Positions 32,557 to 44,916 are shown, numbered from the stretch's first letter. The stretch: 64,000 nucleotides of DNA from an uncultured Nitrososphaerales archaeon (GCA_963713605.1 CAVQMO010000010.1:128001-192000); one strand, 5' to 3'. The notes: a model not told the origin generated them from the sequence alone. Program-made: numbers and translations.

Positions 32557-33690
32557 TTATTTTGAAGTGCTAGCATCGATGAATAGATTATACATTTTTC
32601 CAGTACTTTCATCCACATAAGTCCATGAGCTGGGTCTTACTTTCAATATCTTAAATTTTGAGCGTACCGTCTTGTCAATTAACTTTTTATAAACTGATTG
32701 ACCAATAACTATTCTGTTTGGATTAGCAAGTGGAGTCATCTTTACTGCCATGTTTATCGTGTGCCCCAGTATATCGCAATGAGGTTCCTTGACTAACTTA
32801 TCTTGATCACACTTATGGATATCAAAGCCGTATTGTATTATCGCGTTCTCTCCTAGATCGATCCCTATTCGAACACCTAATTCAGGATAATCAAACTGAT
32901 TAAGTATGGGATTCATTCCTTGTAGAATGATTCTCACCATTGATCTTCCGCAGTCTATTGCGTTAATGCATGAGAGGAAGTAATTGTCTTCACCCCTCTC
33001 TAGGTTGCCTGAGGAAGATCTATTTTCATTGTGCCTTTTGAATCTCTCATCGAATCCGTCTTTCATATTGGGCGGGCTGTAGTCATTTTCAGAATGCAAC
33101 GATCCCCCTGGAACAAAAAATCCTATTACTGCATCTCCAATATATTTTAAGACGTATCCACCATACATATTTATTAGTATTGACATCTCTTGTGTAAAGG
33201 CTTGCATTATTGTTGTTAGTCTATCTAAAGGAACACTCATTGAAAGCCTAGTAGATCCGACTAAATCTACGTGCAAAATTACCAATTGGACCTTGGACTT
33301 CGCTAGTTTTTTCAGTATGCTTTTAGTTTCTTCTGTTGAAATTGTAAATTCGGGTTCGGATTTTAGAGCTTTCCAAATTCTTGTTTCAGCATTCTTAATC
33401 GCCTGCTCAATGTCTACTACTGCATCGAGATAAAATGTAGAACCTAGCGAAGGGTTATTAGAAACCTGTTCCTCCAATAAGAGACGTTTCCTTTCTTCCT
33501 GTTTTTTTATATCTTGTATTATTTGATCGACTTCATCCTTATCTATGTCAACTTGATCTGCAATTGTTTCTGGTGGGATTCCAGAGTTAAACAAATTTAG
33601 AATGGTTTGTAGCTGTTGCTCTACTTGCCTATGCATATAATTTTTTTTGTCATTATCGCTATCCATTGGTGGCTCTCCGGAGGTGGTCAT
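32557..33690 (-). CDS. Class III adenylate/guanylate cyclase with N-terminal HTH-like/coiled segment
   Basis: HVDLVGST, LKYIGDAV, RIGIDLGE, DILGHTINMA. Confidence 0.9.
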   Translation of the reverse strand: MTTSGEPPMDSDNDKKNYMHRQVEQQLQTILNLFNSGIPPETIADQVDIDKDEVDQIIQDIKKQEERKRLLLEEQVSNNPSLGSTFYLDAVVDIEQAIKNAETRIWKALKSEPEFTISTEETKSILKKLAKSKVQLVILHVDLVGSTRLSMSVPLDRLTTIMQAFTQEMSILINMYGGYVLKYIGDAVIGFFVPGGSLHSENDYSPPNMKDGFDERFKRHNENRSSSGNLERGEDNYFLSCINAIDCGRSMVRIILQGMNPILNQFDYPELGVRIGIDLGENAIIQYGFDIHKCDQDKLVKEPHCDILGHTINMAVKMTPLANPNRIVIGQSVYKKLIDKTVRSKFKILKVRPSSWTYVDESTGKMYNLFIDASTSK

Positions 33691-34296
33691 ATTTTCATGT
33701 AATTGTAAATATAAATAGCGCTACTTATTACTATTCTCATCATCTCGATGCTAGCTTTTCGATTAAGCTGAGAATAGTAGTGGCCGATCAATTCAGTTGA
33801 AAATAATTTTGATAAGATTGGGCTATAGTGAAAATAATTGTGAGGCATTATTGTTATTGTTCACCTACTATTGTAATACAAAATCATTTCTGCAGAAATT
33901 ACTCAAAGTGATTTGTGTGTGCTAGTATATGATTCTCGGCTATTTTCGTGTTAATTTTACTGTAATTAAACTAGTTTGGCATAGCCTTGCGTACTCAAGC
34001 CTCAGAAATTGAGGCTGGTTATCTGAAAGATTAGAATCATAATATTGACAGGGTGTATACCTGAGACCACAGTACCTGTTCGGATACAGCTCTGCAATGG
34101 TACAGAACATGGTATAAAAGGGATTACCTTCTTGTAGTCCTTTAATACGATATTATCTAACTTGTGGTAGAATGTAAATATCAAGGTCTGGCGGCCTGCC
34201 CAATTCCATTTATCCACAGGACCGCCTTGCCTTGTATTATTGCATTCTATCAATAAGTCATTATGGTATGATGTGTTTAGGGTATTGGAATGAAAC

Positions 34297-34473
34297 ATGG
34301 GTATATGGAAATGCTTATGGTGTTCCAAAGTGTTGGAAGGGGAATCCTTTAGGGATTTAGTTGCGGCCTCCCTGAAGGAGGAATACGGACAACACGTACA
34401 CGTCTGGGAAAATATTATTATGGTCCAGAAAAAGGCAGTCTCTATATTAGAAAGTAGACTGGTGTCAGTTTAG
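34297..34473 (+). CDS. 58-aa zinc-binding microprotein (CxxC...HxH), paralog of 58961-59137
   Basis: Below the ORF-track cutoff: MGIWKCLWCSKVLEGESFRDLVAASLKEEYGQHVHVWENIIMVQKKAVSILESRLVSV*. Confidence 0.8.
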   Translation: MGIWKCLWCSKVLEGESFRDLVAASLKEEYGQHVHVWENIIMVQKKAVSILESRLVSV

Positions 34474-35773
34474 TCGTTCTTCATTTATTATGGTTACTAT
34501 CTGCCTCTGCGTCATGTATCCCGATTTTTTTGAGTCTGATCGGCATGAATTGTTCCTGTCAACGGCACAATTATTAGATTATATTATTATGATCTGAAAA
34601 ACGATTTGCCGTATGGAAATTCGTGCGTGTATTACATATGTAAGGAAGCATATGAAAAACTCATGCGACTCAGCGCTGAAGAAAAAGGGGTTCTAGAACG
34701 GCGGTCGTTTTCCTTTATTTGATCCATATTTACCCCTGAGAGTAATTTATCAAATTCAATTAGTAAACGGAAATTTAAGGCTACTAGTACAATTGCGAGC
34801 TAGTATAAAGCAAGCAAGATAATAGAGCCACGTGGCTCTACGAGGTATTTTTTGTGAAATCTTCATTTATGCAGACAGATATGAATGAAGTGGTATTATG
34901 GTAGCTCTAGATATTCTTAACCTTTCTGCAATGATTTTACATCACTTACTCCCCTAATCATCTTCTTCTGATTCTTCTTTCATATTATTATCTTCATCTG
35001 TATCCTCTTCTATTAGCGTAGTTTGTCTGATTGAAATGTACCTTTAAGTCCTATTGGCATTCCCTCCTGTTGAGTGCAAGTCAAGCATTTGTTTGAAGTC
35101 TACCTTATTCGAGTACTGTCACCTGTATTTACACGACAAATCATGAAATGATTATTGGAAAAAAGTAACTGTCTTACACCTAGCCTTCGAGGTATACATT
35201 TTTCCTAGATTTTGGATAAAAGTAGCTCTATATACTATAACTTACTTTCATATTTTAAATTCCATTTCTTCATCCATAAGCTATTTTCATCTTATTTAAT
35301 TAAATCATATTCCAAAATAGTAATGCTGCTTTCAAGCGTCCAATCCCTGACAAAAGGCAGCAAATGGCAAAATGGAACACCTTCGGCATCGAAGCACATA
35401 TGGGCCCCTGGTCTTATAGAATTTCTTCCAGGGGCCTTCTAGGTATCAAAACAATTCACACCTTCTAATTATTGGATTTGAATGTGGGAGTCAAGTACAA
35501 CACTAAGAACAGGATCAATCTTGAAATCTAATAACTCATAGAGATAAAATTATTTCAATCCTGGTTGTAAATATTACATGAAATGAGCAAGAAAACAGAA
35601 TTAATAAGTAAAGGGAGAAAGTCAGCGTCAGCGTGTGAATACTGCCTGTGATTGTGGATATTGTAATACAGGAGGTTAGTCTAAATCTTCTTTTTACATA
35701 TTCTGAAGTATAACCACTGTTTATCACCAATAAGGGATATTTCTAATCCTTAGATTTGTGTAATATGATAGTC

Positions 35774-36056
35774 AAATGTCGACTAGCCCAATCGATAGGA
35801 GGGGCTTGGTCGCCACTTTCCTCATATTGGTTTTCCAGGTTTATTGATACTACTAAGACAATAACGAAATTAGAAATTTTATCTGGTATCTGAAGTCGAA
35901 TAGATGGATGGCTGTCTACCTTTGGATGGTGTTACCGGTTCAGACTCTTACTACGATTAATTATGTTTTAAAAATCCATTTATTACAATAGAAAAGGTAG
36001 AACGACCGAATGGATGGACCGATCTTGCCATCCTATCTAACCGCACTGGTTCGTGG
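35774..36056 (-). repeat. Second, degenerate locus of the 7.8-8.3 kb hairpin element
   Basis: ATGGCTGTCTACC at 35908-35920 with conserved flanks; AAAAGGTAGAACGACCG at 35992-36008. Confidence 0.6.
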
Positions 36057-36787
36057 CAAACTTACAACAAACTTTACATTTCGTAAAATGTAATGTTCTA
36101 ACTGGTTACTACGACACAGGATCTTAGCGCCGCAGAAATTTCATCTACAGATTGATATGCTTCCATCATTTCGTGTGATAAGATGTCGTCTTTACAGAAT
36201 CCAATATGCCTTTGAAAAGTGACCTGATGTGTATCCAATATATGCGAACCCAAATCCTATTAGTAATGATATTCCTATGATAACGACGATCGTAAGCTTC
36301 AATGTCCTATGGTTGGTCGCTAAGGGGTTATCTGCAGGTATATTTTTCTTCTTTACTTCTAATTTTTTTACCTACAGCATTTTGCTATGAGATCTAATAG
36401 CATACATCAAAACAGAAATAAAAAAGATTGGGAGTAGGCTAACCATTGAGTATTACACAATAGGAACAATACGATGATGAAGTAGTAATAGAGCTTCCAA
36501 GTGAAGATATACTCTGCCAATTATTATTATTGAACAATAGAGTCCTGCAAAAACTGATTTAAGGATTTTGACAATTGTTACTGTTAAGACGATTATTCCA
36601 AAAGTTATGATTTTATTTTTCGTGGAACTGATATTCGTGTTCAGTTGTAGCGTGGTAATTGGATTTGAAAGTTCGAAACTTGAATTATTACGTGGTGTTA
36701 CCACATAGATACCCAAACAAATCAGATCGGATATTTTTCATATTAATTTAATCAAAAAACAGTGCCCTACCAATCCAGGAATCTTTC

Positions 36788-37925
36788 CTATAATAGGATA
36801 TTTAGGGTATATGGATTCACTTGAAATGTTGCCGGCAAAATTCCTATTGGTTCTCCATCAATGGCAACTGTTATGTCTCTTTCCATTGATTTTATTGATA
36901 CCTTTCTGGCTTGCTTGTAGATCACATCGACTACATTTGTATAATTACCTGTTTTTATATTTGCCAACTTGTCAAGCATTTTAAGGCTACCCGAATCTCT
37001 TAGAATAACAACATCTAATAACCCGTCTGAAAAACTTGCTTCTGGTGCTGCCATAAACCCACCACCAAGGAATTTGCCATTGGCAATTATACCCATCGTC
37101 ATTTTTGTGACTACTTTATCTTTCCCATCATCAAACACTATCTCACAGTTATTGCTTTCATACGTGGGTAGAGTAGCAATAACGCTGGTGATTGTCGATA
37201 CCACACGGTTCTTAACTCTATTTCTTACTTTTTTTGACCTATCTATAACTTCCGCTCCGAATCCAATCTCAGCTGCATTTAGAAATGCTCGGGTAGGCAC
37301 CTTTGAACGGTTCGTAGGATTAGTGACAGTAGCTGTTAGGTACATCAATCTTTTTTGTACTACCTTGCAAATAATTATGACAGCACTCATCTATACCTTG
37401 AGGCAAATTTAGAGACTTGGCCAATACATTCCTTGTACCACTAGGGATTATGCCGAATATGGCCTCCGAGTTTATAGGCAGCAGAATGTCAGGTTGAGGG
37501 AAATTATTTTTATTTTCCTGAACTCCAACATCATTCTTAGAAAAAGGGACTAGTTTCTTTTTGTCATCTTGTCTTCTTTCTGGCAAGAAAAAACCGTTTG
37601 TGACTTCATTTATGGTTCCGTCTCCCCCAATTGCAATGACCTTTTTAACGCCTCTCTTCAAAAATTTTCTCGTAAGCAGGGTTCCATCATTGGCTTTTTT
37701 AGTGAATCCTATTTGGGTGTTTTTGCCAAACGTATCTTTCATCTTGATATAAAGGTTATCCCAATCCTTGCCCGTTGAACCGCTCGAAGAAGTGGGGTTA
37801 ATAACCAAGAGAGTATCAATATACTTCGATTTTTTCCTATGATTTTGTTCATGGCTGCGACTTGCAGTGATAGGTACTGATTCTTCCTCCTTTTCTAATA
37901 GCAATATCCACAATGATAATACCAA
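36788..37925 (-). CDS. Diacylglycerol-kinase-family (YegS/BmrU-like) lipid kinase; frameshift near 37339
   Basis: INPTSSSG, GGDGTINEV, IPSGTRN, ANGKFLGGG, DGLLDV, IDGE; start codon uncertain. Confidence 0.88.
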
Positions 37926-38333
37926 GGATAATTCTTAAGTGTAGCTACAGAGAGATCTTTCAAATTATTTCGGGGAATAGGGTACAAGCCTGCCATGGTG
38001 TATTTTATTCTCGCAATTCATATAGTACAATTGACTATCTCTTATTTGCATTTTTCTGGAGTATCATATTTAATGACAGACAAATCTCGACAATGAGACG
38101 TATGAACAGAGCCGTTGGCAATATTAGTGTATACTGCTAACGTCGGAACTGCTTCTCCAGGCTGCCAGATCGGTAAATAGTACTCCTTAATAGCTAAATG
38201 AATTGCTTGGTTGATGAATTATGATATCATACAAAATTTTCAGAAATTATTTTAATAAATAGTGCGCCATGTAGAAACTTTCAAATCTTGTAATGTTTGT
38301 ATACTCCAATACATCCAGCAAAAGATATAACTG

Positions 38334-38708
38334 TTAGCCCCGATTTCCCTTCTCAATCAATTCGTTGATAACAAATCTATGACAATGTTTGTCCATGCCT
38401 ATACAATGACACAATAATGTGACATCTTGATCTCTACTCATCTGTCCTAACTCTTTGATTTCATCTAATGCATCAGGATTATTCTTTATTTCAGATAGAA
38501 AGCGTTTCTTATATACAGACCAATTTACCCTTTTGTCTATCATGTATTCCTTATGGAGTTGTCTACTCGGAGCAAGTTCTTTCCACCATTCATGCCAATT
38601 TTCTTCAGATTTTGGAAGGTATCTTGGCCTATATCGCGCAACCAGTATTCTGAATCCGTCATGTTGTTCCGTTGGTTCCTTTAGTGATTTCAGCTTTAAT
38701 CCAGGCAT
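38334..38708 (-). CDS. DUF488/YeaO family protein
   Basis: DGFRILVARYRPR...WWKELAPS..L...VTLLC...CHR. Confidence 0.85.
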   Translation of the reverse strand: MPGLKLKSLKEPTEQHDGFRILVARYRPRYLPKSEENWHEWWKELAPSRQLHKEYMIDKRVNWSVYKKRFLSEIKNNPDALDEIKELGQMSRDQDVTLLCHCIGMDKHCHRFVINELIEKGNRG

Positions 38709-39424
38709 TTTCCTGTGTATAACACCTCTTTGTTATCCTCCTAATATTATTTGTTTTTCAGTTGGTTGACACAATAAGGGTACTTTGGTTGACATTTGGT
38801 TCAGATCCTTATTAGCGCTAATTTTAGCGCTGTTGTCAATCTGGTTAGCCTGAAACTTAGTTCTCTGGCCTATCTTCTGATGAACGATACAAGATAACCA
38901 ATAATGCCTCGAATTAAAGCCATTTATTGAAGCGGGGAAGCTACATGAGAACGGAATTAGAAAGCAATAGATCTGACTGTTTATCGTCAAAATGATTTAC
39001 CCAAATTAGCTACGATACTTAAACTTAATTTCCAAAGGGGTCATTATATAACAAATTAGAATCATCTACTTGTGCCTTCCATTTCAACAAGTATGCATAT
39101 CAGTAACATAATGCACATGTAAAGATTCTCCTTGATGCTTTTGTTAAAAGCCTATCATAGTTTTTTGCTTGCTATAATGGTGAAAAGGTTCCTATCTATG
39201 CAATTGGTACTAGTCAGCAATACTACTTTTGGAATTGTTATTTTTCCTTTCATTTGGTCTGTACAGGTATTTGGTGGCCAGTTAGAAAAGAATGACGCAA
39301 GTAAAACAATATAAGATCTTGGACGTACATAGATCTATATAAAAACTATGCTGGGCATCATCGATCAAATGGAGTAACCCAAGGGAAAGGAATTAATAAT
39401 GACCAACAAAGAATAGCGATTACT

Positions 39425-40030
39425 TTGACAGCATCGTCACTGTTAATTTCGAATATTAGCATTATGATGTTTGCTTGCTATCTAACTAACTTTTCAATTA
39501 CTGATACTACTTGGCCGAAGATAGCGAGCGCGCAAACCGATGAAGAGGCGAATAGGGTAAACCTTAGCACAGATTCTACAAATACTCATGCGAGGACAAC
39601 CTTCTCCGCAATAGGCCAAATAAGTTCTTTAGTAATCACTGTCAGTGAACCTGACTTCAACATTACGAATGCTTTTAAGGTCATCCTGACAGGTGAATGG
39701 AATCTGAGTGTCAATAATGGTAAAGTAACAAACTTTTCGGTAAACCTTCTTGCATCACCCATGGATGGCAGTAAGCCACATATACACCAGATAGTTAACC
39801 TTAACACATACGATGATGAAGAACCAATTGCCTTATCAGAAGACAAGAATTTATCGTTAAATGGAACTGCTGACATTAAAATAAACGGTGTACTTGTCTG
39901 GGATAATGCCAACGTATCAATATCGATTTCTAATGGAAATACATTTAATATCGATCCGAGTGATTTGGACACGCAGAACCATTTTGGAGATCAACAAGTA
40001 TTTGGTATTGTTACTCGTCTGATTTACTGA
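39425..40030 (+). CDS. Secreted hypothetical beta-rich protein
   Basis: Signal-like N-terminus; GEWNLSV, HIH, NHFGDQQVFG. Confidence 0.65.
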   Translation: MTASSLLISNISIMMFACYLTNFSITDTTWPKIASAQTDEEANRVNLSTDSTNTHARTTFSAIGQISSLVITVSEPDFNITNAFKVILTGEWNLSVNNGKVTNFSVNLLASPMDGSKPHIHQIVNLNTYDDEEPIALSEDKNLSLNGTADIKINGVLVWDNANVSISISNGNTFNIDPSDLDTQNHFGDQQVFGIVTRLIY

Positions 40031-40401
40031 CTACTAGAAATGAAATCTTGGACTGTTTTGGATAAAGAGATAATTAGAGGGCAGAAATATTTCGTTATTT
40101 AGAACCGTTATGCTACTGTAATGTAGTTGTATTATTACCTAATGTCCAATCATGTGTTTATTTTTAGATAAGATTTTTGCATGCGAATGCTTGAAGAAGA
40201 GTACAGTAGTCACAAGACTAATGATCAATTCGGTAACAACAATTTCGGGAGCATTAGTAGTCTTTACCCTTTTTTTGTCAAAAGGATTACCAAAAGAAAT
40301 CGGAATCTGAAAAAGTCCTGTTATAATTGCTTATTCTAATCTGAGTAGCCCCATTAAACTATCACGTGAAAAAGGATACCTCAACTGGACTATAATCTTC
40401 C

Positions 40402-40449
40402 AATTCCATATTTTGCAAAGAATTCCATATTTTGCAAAGAATTCCATAT
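40402..40449. repeat. 19-bp tandem repeat, 2.5 copies (AATTCCATATTTTGCAAAG)
   Basis: Direct reading. Confidence 0.9.
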
Positions 40450-41047
40450 CGTTGTTTTACTCCAAACACAAATCAAAAATATCTCCGTAGGCCTTTATGA
40501 TTAAAATGATAAAGAACTTAAGGGAAGAAAGCAATACTCCCATTATCATTAAGCGACCAAAGGAAAGAGGGAAGCTTGTTTAATTATCATGTTCCTAAAT
40601 GCTAAGATCATTTGGCCTTGATTATAACGACTATTTAGCAGGATTACTCATTATTTTGCAGAAGAAAATAGGGGATTATATTCCAATTTGATCATTTTTC
40701 ATGTTGTATGCTAGTAATGTACTATAGAGGTGTCGTATTTTATCAATACATAACATATACTTAAGAATCTGTTAGTTGTTAAATGGACACCCATATCTGC
40801 TTTATTTAGAATTAACAAGTATGATGATTTTTTAAGTGACATGAGAAGGTTGATAGGCAAGAACACTAATCGTTATATTATTTGTACTCTCTCTCAATTT
40901 AGGTCGACAAAATAGTAGCATATATCGTACTCTAATTTCTTCACTTTCTTTTATTTAGGCCAGTACATTTTTTATAAAGGCGATTAACGAAGTTAGCTAC
41001 ATCTATTACATAAGTATATATCCCAAATTGAATGATCTTCTTTATCA

Positions 41048-42664
41048 GTGGTAAACAGGAAGGCTGACCGTTACCCTCATAATTATGAATGTCTGCATAA
41101 ACTTACACTTGATGGAATGACTAATTCAAGAAAGGTAGAAGATGAGAGAAATGAAAGAGAAATGAAAGAAAAAACCAAGGCTGTTCATCAAGAAAAGATT
41201 AGGGTGGTTATAATTTCAATAATTGCTTCTTCTGGATTAATGATATTAAAATTTTCTATTGGTGCTTTAACAAATAGTCTTGGCATTTTATCGGAAGGCA
41301 TGAATTCAGGTCTGGATCTCATTGCAGGTCTAGTGACACTTTATGCCATACGTATGGTGTTAAGGCCATCCGATCCATCATATACATATGGTTATGGAAA
41401 ATTTGAAAGTTTATCATCATTAGCTCAAATAATTCTTTTGCTTGTAGTCGCAAGTTGGGTAACTTATGAGGCGATAAATAGAATACTATTTGAAAATGTT
41501 AGCCCTGAGATCAGTATATTTTCTATTTTGATTATGTTTGTGTCGATAGGGATTGATTATGGAAGATCAAGAGCTTTGTATAGGACCGCGAGAAAATTTG
41601 ATAGTCAAGCACTTGAAGCCGATGGACTCCATTTTAGAGCAGACATGTTCTCTTCTGCTATAGTCGTTGCTGGTCTACTCATAGTACTCTTGTTTAATAT
41701 TCCTGATGCTGATGCGTATGCTGCTCTTGGCGTAGCAGCCGTAATCTTATATGCGTCACTTGGATTAGGAAGAAGAACGCTAAGTGTATTATTGGACAAA
41801 GCACCTAAGGGTATATACCGGGAAGTCATTCAAGCAGTGTCAGATTTGGAAGGCGTGACCAGACCACACAACATTCGAATTAGAAATATTGGATCCGAAA
41901 CTTTAGTTGAGATGCATATTGAAGTTCCCAGAACTTTTACTCATGACAGAGCTCACAGAGTAGCGACCTCTGTAGAACAAAAAATAGAACATATCTTGCC
42001 TAGTTCCAAGGTTTTGGTACACGTAGATGCAACGGAATCTGCTAATGAAACTATTTTTGATAAGATTAGACTAATTGCTGCCGAAACAGAAGGCATAAGA
42101 AATGTTCACTCATTACACGTATCAAGGATATCATCTCCCCTTTCGGCTTTGGCTGTTTCCTCACTAGACTCCCCTCAAAAGCGATACTATACTGCTGCGT
42201 TAAATGTAGAGGCGAAAAAGTCTCAATACGCCACTAATGAACCTCGACTTCACCTGTATCTGGATGCACAGATGGGGCCGAGTCTTGATCTCAATACCGC
42301 TCATTCCATCGTAGACTCCTTTGAAGAGAAGTTAAAAAAAGAAGTTTTACAGATAAAAGACATAACTACCCATATTGAGATTGAATCTCCAGTAGAAGAT
42401 CTAAGAATGGCAGGTACTGAGAAAAGGGTAGGTCCGGAGCTCCTGATGAAAATAAAAGAAGTAATGCTATCTATCGATGAAGTATTCGATTTCAAGGATA
42501 TTCGAGTATTTGATGTAACTGGAGGACAGCATATAACTTTGACAATCTGTCTTACTTCATCCATTACATTGGAGGTTGCACACAAAATTGCTACCAAAGT
42601 TCAAAATATGATAATTTATCGTACAGGAGCAACGAGAGTAGTAGTACATACTGAAACGACCTGA
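41048..42664 (+). CDS. Cation diffusion facilitator with three C-terminal metal-binding (ZT-dimer-like) domains
   Basis: YGYGKFE, ALEADGLHFRAD; three AH...H(V/I/T)(D/E) modules. True start is probably downstream. Confidence 0.9.
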   Translation: MVNRKADRYPHNYECLHKLTLDGMTNSRKVEDERNEREMKEKTKAVHQEKIRVVIISIIASSGLMILKFSIGALTNSLGILSEGMNSGLDLIAGLVTLYAIRMVLRPSDPSYTYGYGKFESLSSLAQIILLLVVASWVTYEAINRILFENVSPEISIFSILIMFVSIGIDYGRSRALYRTARKFDSQALEADGLHFRADMFSSAIVVAGLLIVLLFNIPDADAYAALGVAAVILYASLGLGRRTLSVLLDKAPKGIYREVIQAVSDLEGVTRPHNIRIRNIGSETLVEMHIEVPRTFTHDRAHRVATSVEQKIEHILPSSKVLVHVDATESANETIFDKIRLIAAETEGIRNVHSLHVSRISSPLSALAVSSLDSPQKRYYTAALNVEAKKSQYATNEPRLHLYLDAQMGPSLDLNTAHSIVDSFEEKLKKEVLQIKDITTHIEIESPVEDLRMAGTEKRVGPELLMKIKEVMLSIDEVFDFKDIRVFDVTGGQHITLTICLTSSITLEVAHKIATKVQNMIIYRTGATRVVVHTETT

Positions 42665-42813
42665 AGAGCTTTTTATTTTTGTCAGAACGATGAAGTTGAG
42701 ACGAATGACCTTGCTCAGAAAGGGTTCATGATGAGCATGCACTATTGACAGTGCTGTTGCGTTAATCATATTAGCTTTTTATTTGGACTAGTATATAGAT
42801 AGAAACGATCACT

Positions 42814-43491
42814 TCAAATATACCTACGTTGGTCGTTTTGAGGGTAAGGATACTCCATCTGACGGGCAGTGGCCACACCTATTTCAGTACCAAAGAAATG
42901 GCTAACAATACACAATGCTAAATCGATTCCAGCTGAAACACCTGCAGACGTGAAGATTGGCTCAACTAACGTGAAGCGGACATCCTTCCGTATTTTCACC
43001 TTGGGAGAAGCTTTACGAAGGAAATCAAATGCTCGCCAGTGTGTTGTTGCCTCACGTCCGTCTAACAACCCTGCTCTTCCAAGAAGGCTAGAACCCGTAC
43101 ACACTGATGCAGTGAGCTTTGTTCGTGCAACTCTATCAGCAATTCTATTCAAAAACTTGACATCATTTATCTCAACCCGGGTACCCCATCCTCCAGGTAC
43201 TATTAACAAATCAAGTTCGGGACAATTATCAAAAGTCACATCAGGAATAAGGCGTAGGCCGCCAATTGCCAAGACCTGCTCCGGTTTTTCCCCTATCAAT
43301 AGCACCCTGAACGGTGAGGGTTCAATGTGTCGTCTCTCCTCATTCAGACGGGCAACCGAGAACACTTCGAATGGACCTGCAACATCCAAGACCTCGACCT
43401 GATTAAAGATTAGGATCCCAACTGTAATAGGTAATTGTTTGTGATACTCGTCCGTATCCATCTGATCTTTACTCTTGAGCTGACTCAACAC
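42814..43491 (-). CDS. DJ-1/PfpI family protein (isonitrile hydratase-like)
   Basis: EVLDVAGPFEVF, VPGG, SVCTG, ATTHW, TSAGVSAGID, MEY. Confidence 0.92.
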   Translation of the reverse strand: MLSQLKSKDQMDTDEYHKQLPITVGILIFNQVEVLDVAGPFEVFSVARLNEERRHIEPSPFRVLLIGEKPEQVLAIGGLRLIPDVTFDNCPELDLLIVPGGWGTRVEINDVKFLNRIADRVARTKLTASVCTGSSLLGRAGLLDGREATTHWRAFDFLRKASPKVKIRKDVRFTLVEPIFTSAGVSAGIDLALCIVSHFFGTEIGVATARQMEYPYPQNDQRRYI

Positions 43492-43518
43492 AACCCTCTC
43501 TGGAATTGAATGAATACC

Positions 43519-43695
43519 TCACAGTGGCTTACCGGCTATGAACCAATTCTCTTGGGGTCTTTCATCGTAAGTAATAATGATGTGCTCACGTTTGGTCTTC
43601 AGTATCTGTATAGCTGCCTCGGTTATTGCATCTGCAAAGGCGGCTTTTTGTTCTTTCGTCCTTCCAGGATACAACGAAACTGCAATTATGGGCAT
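43519..43695 (-). CDS. 4-oxalocrotonate tautomerase family protein
   Basis: M-P1-IIAVSLYPGRTKEQK...ENWFIAG, 58 aa. Confidence 0.9.
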   Translation of the reverse strand: MPIIAVSLYPGRTKEQKAAFADAITEAAIQILKTKREHIIITYDERPQENWFIAGKPL

Positions 43696-44322
43696 ATATC
43701 CTTCAAAGTGACGCTTCACTTATTTAATCGAAAGGATACTGAGAAAGGCTATATCTTTGCAAGAATTAAGAAGTTGGATTTTAAGGGGTAATATTAGAAA
43801 TACGAAAACCATCAGCGTACTCTTTGCTATACTTAAGTACACTAGAACGTTAACTGATGTGTACATGTTTTCCTCCATCACGTGTTGAAGTTAGTACTCC
43901 ATACTCGAATCAGTAAGCAATGTTGAGAGAAAATAGTTCAAATTATTCGGGATTCTAGGATACAACAAACTATTAGCTACCACACATTCTCAGGTAATTC
44001 TGTCTTTCGATACCTAATTTAGAAATACAATAATACAACGGTAAGCATGATGAGTACTCATACTTGAACGCAAATTATGTGGAACACCTCTGATTCGCAG
44101 ACAGATAACTTGCCAAAATCATCACAGAAATTGGACGGTTTTCCTTCAAAAAAGATTCATTTCAGGCGTTGATAGAGGCAATAATCTATCAAGAACTCAA
44201 TGGAAGTGCTGCCTAACTCCATTTATGGTCGGTTCTTGACATATTATAGGATACCATGAGAGGTCACGTTATTCATCTACCTGAAACTCTATATACCACA
44301 ATTTAGAATATTCCGTCTAATT

Positions 44323-44916
44323 ATGCAGAACGGAACAGAAAATAAGGAGATGGATCTAAGAAAGGGATTTCTTAGATTAATACCGGTGCTGATTGCCATT
44401 ACTGTAACAAGCATTGTCGCAATCAATGTAAGTGTAAAACAGGACAGCTTTGCACAAGGGCAGTCGATGGATAACCTGACTTTAAGTAATGTGAGCATAC
44501 CCGTTTCAACTGGATTCATAGATGGAAAAATAGCGTACTTTATTGCGACCGATGCTTCGACACAAGAGGTTGCTTCTTCTGTATCTAACACCACAGGATT
44601 TAATGTAAACTACGCACCCACTTTAGCTAACACTTCTGACTCGGCCAGACAGCCAGGATTCGTCTTCGTTAATGGTTTTTCGGGAGAAGAAGGAGGACCT
44701 CTTGGTTCACAGTTGTCAGTTGCAACAGCAGTTCCAGGCGATCCTGATTATAGCCCCCTCTTTGACATTAACTATGTGCAATGGAATACGAATAATACCA
44801 GTGAGATCAGAATATTAAAATCAGCAGATGAAATATTTGACGCGCAACAGAAAGGAGAATTGACAATAACAAAATCAAATGTTGTTATCAACAGTCCAGC
44901 AATCGTCAAAGAATAG
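44323..44916 (+). CDS. Secreted hypothetical protein
   Basis: Signal peptide; YFIATDAS, YSPLF..V.W, VINSP motifs. Confidence 0.75.
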   Translation: MQNGTENKEMDLRKGFLRLIPVLIAITVTSIVAINVSVKQDSFAQGQSMDNLTLSNVSIPVSTGFIDGKIAYFIATDASTQEVASSVSNTTGFNVNYAPTLANTSDSARQPGFVFVNGFSGEEGGPLGSQLSVATAVPGDPDYSPLFDINYVQWNTNNTSEIRILKSADEIFDAQQKGELTITKSNVVINSPAIVKE

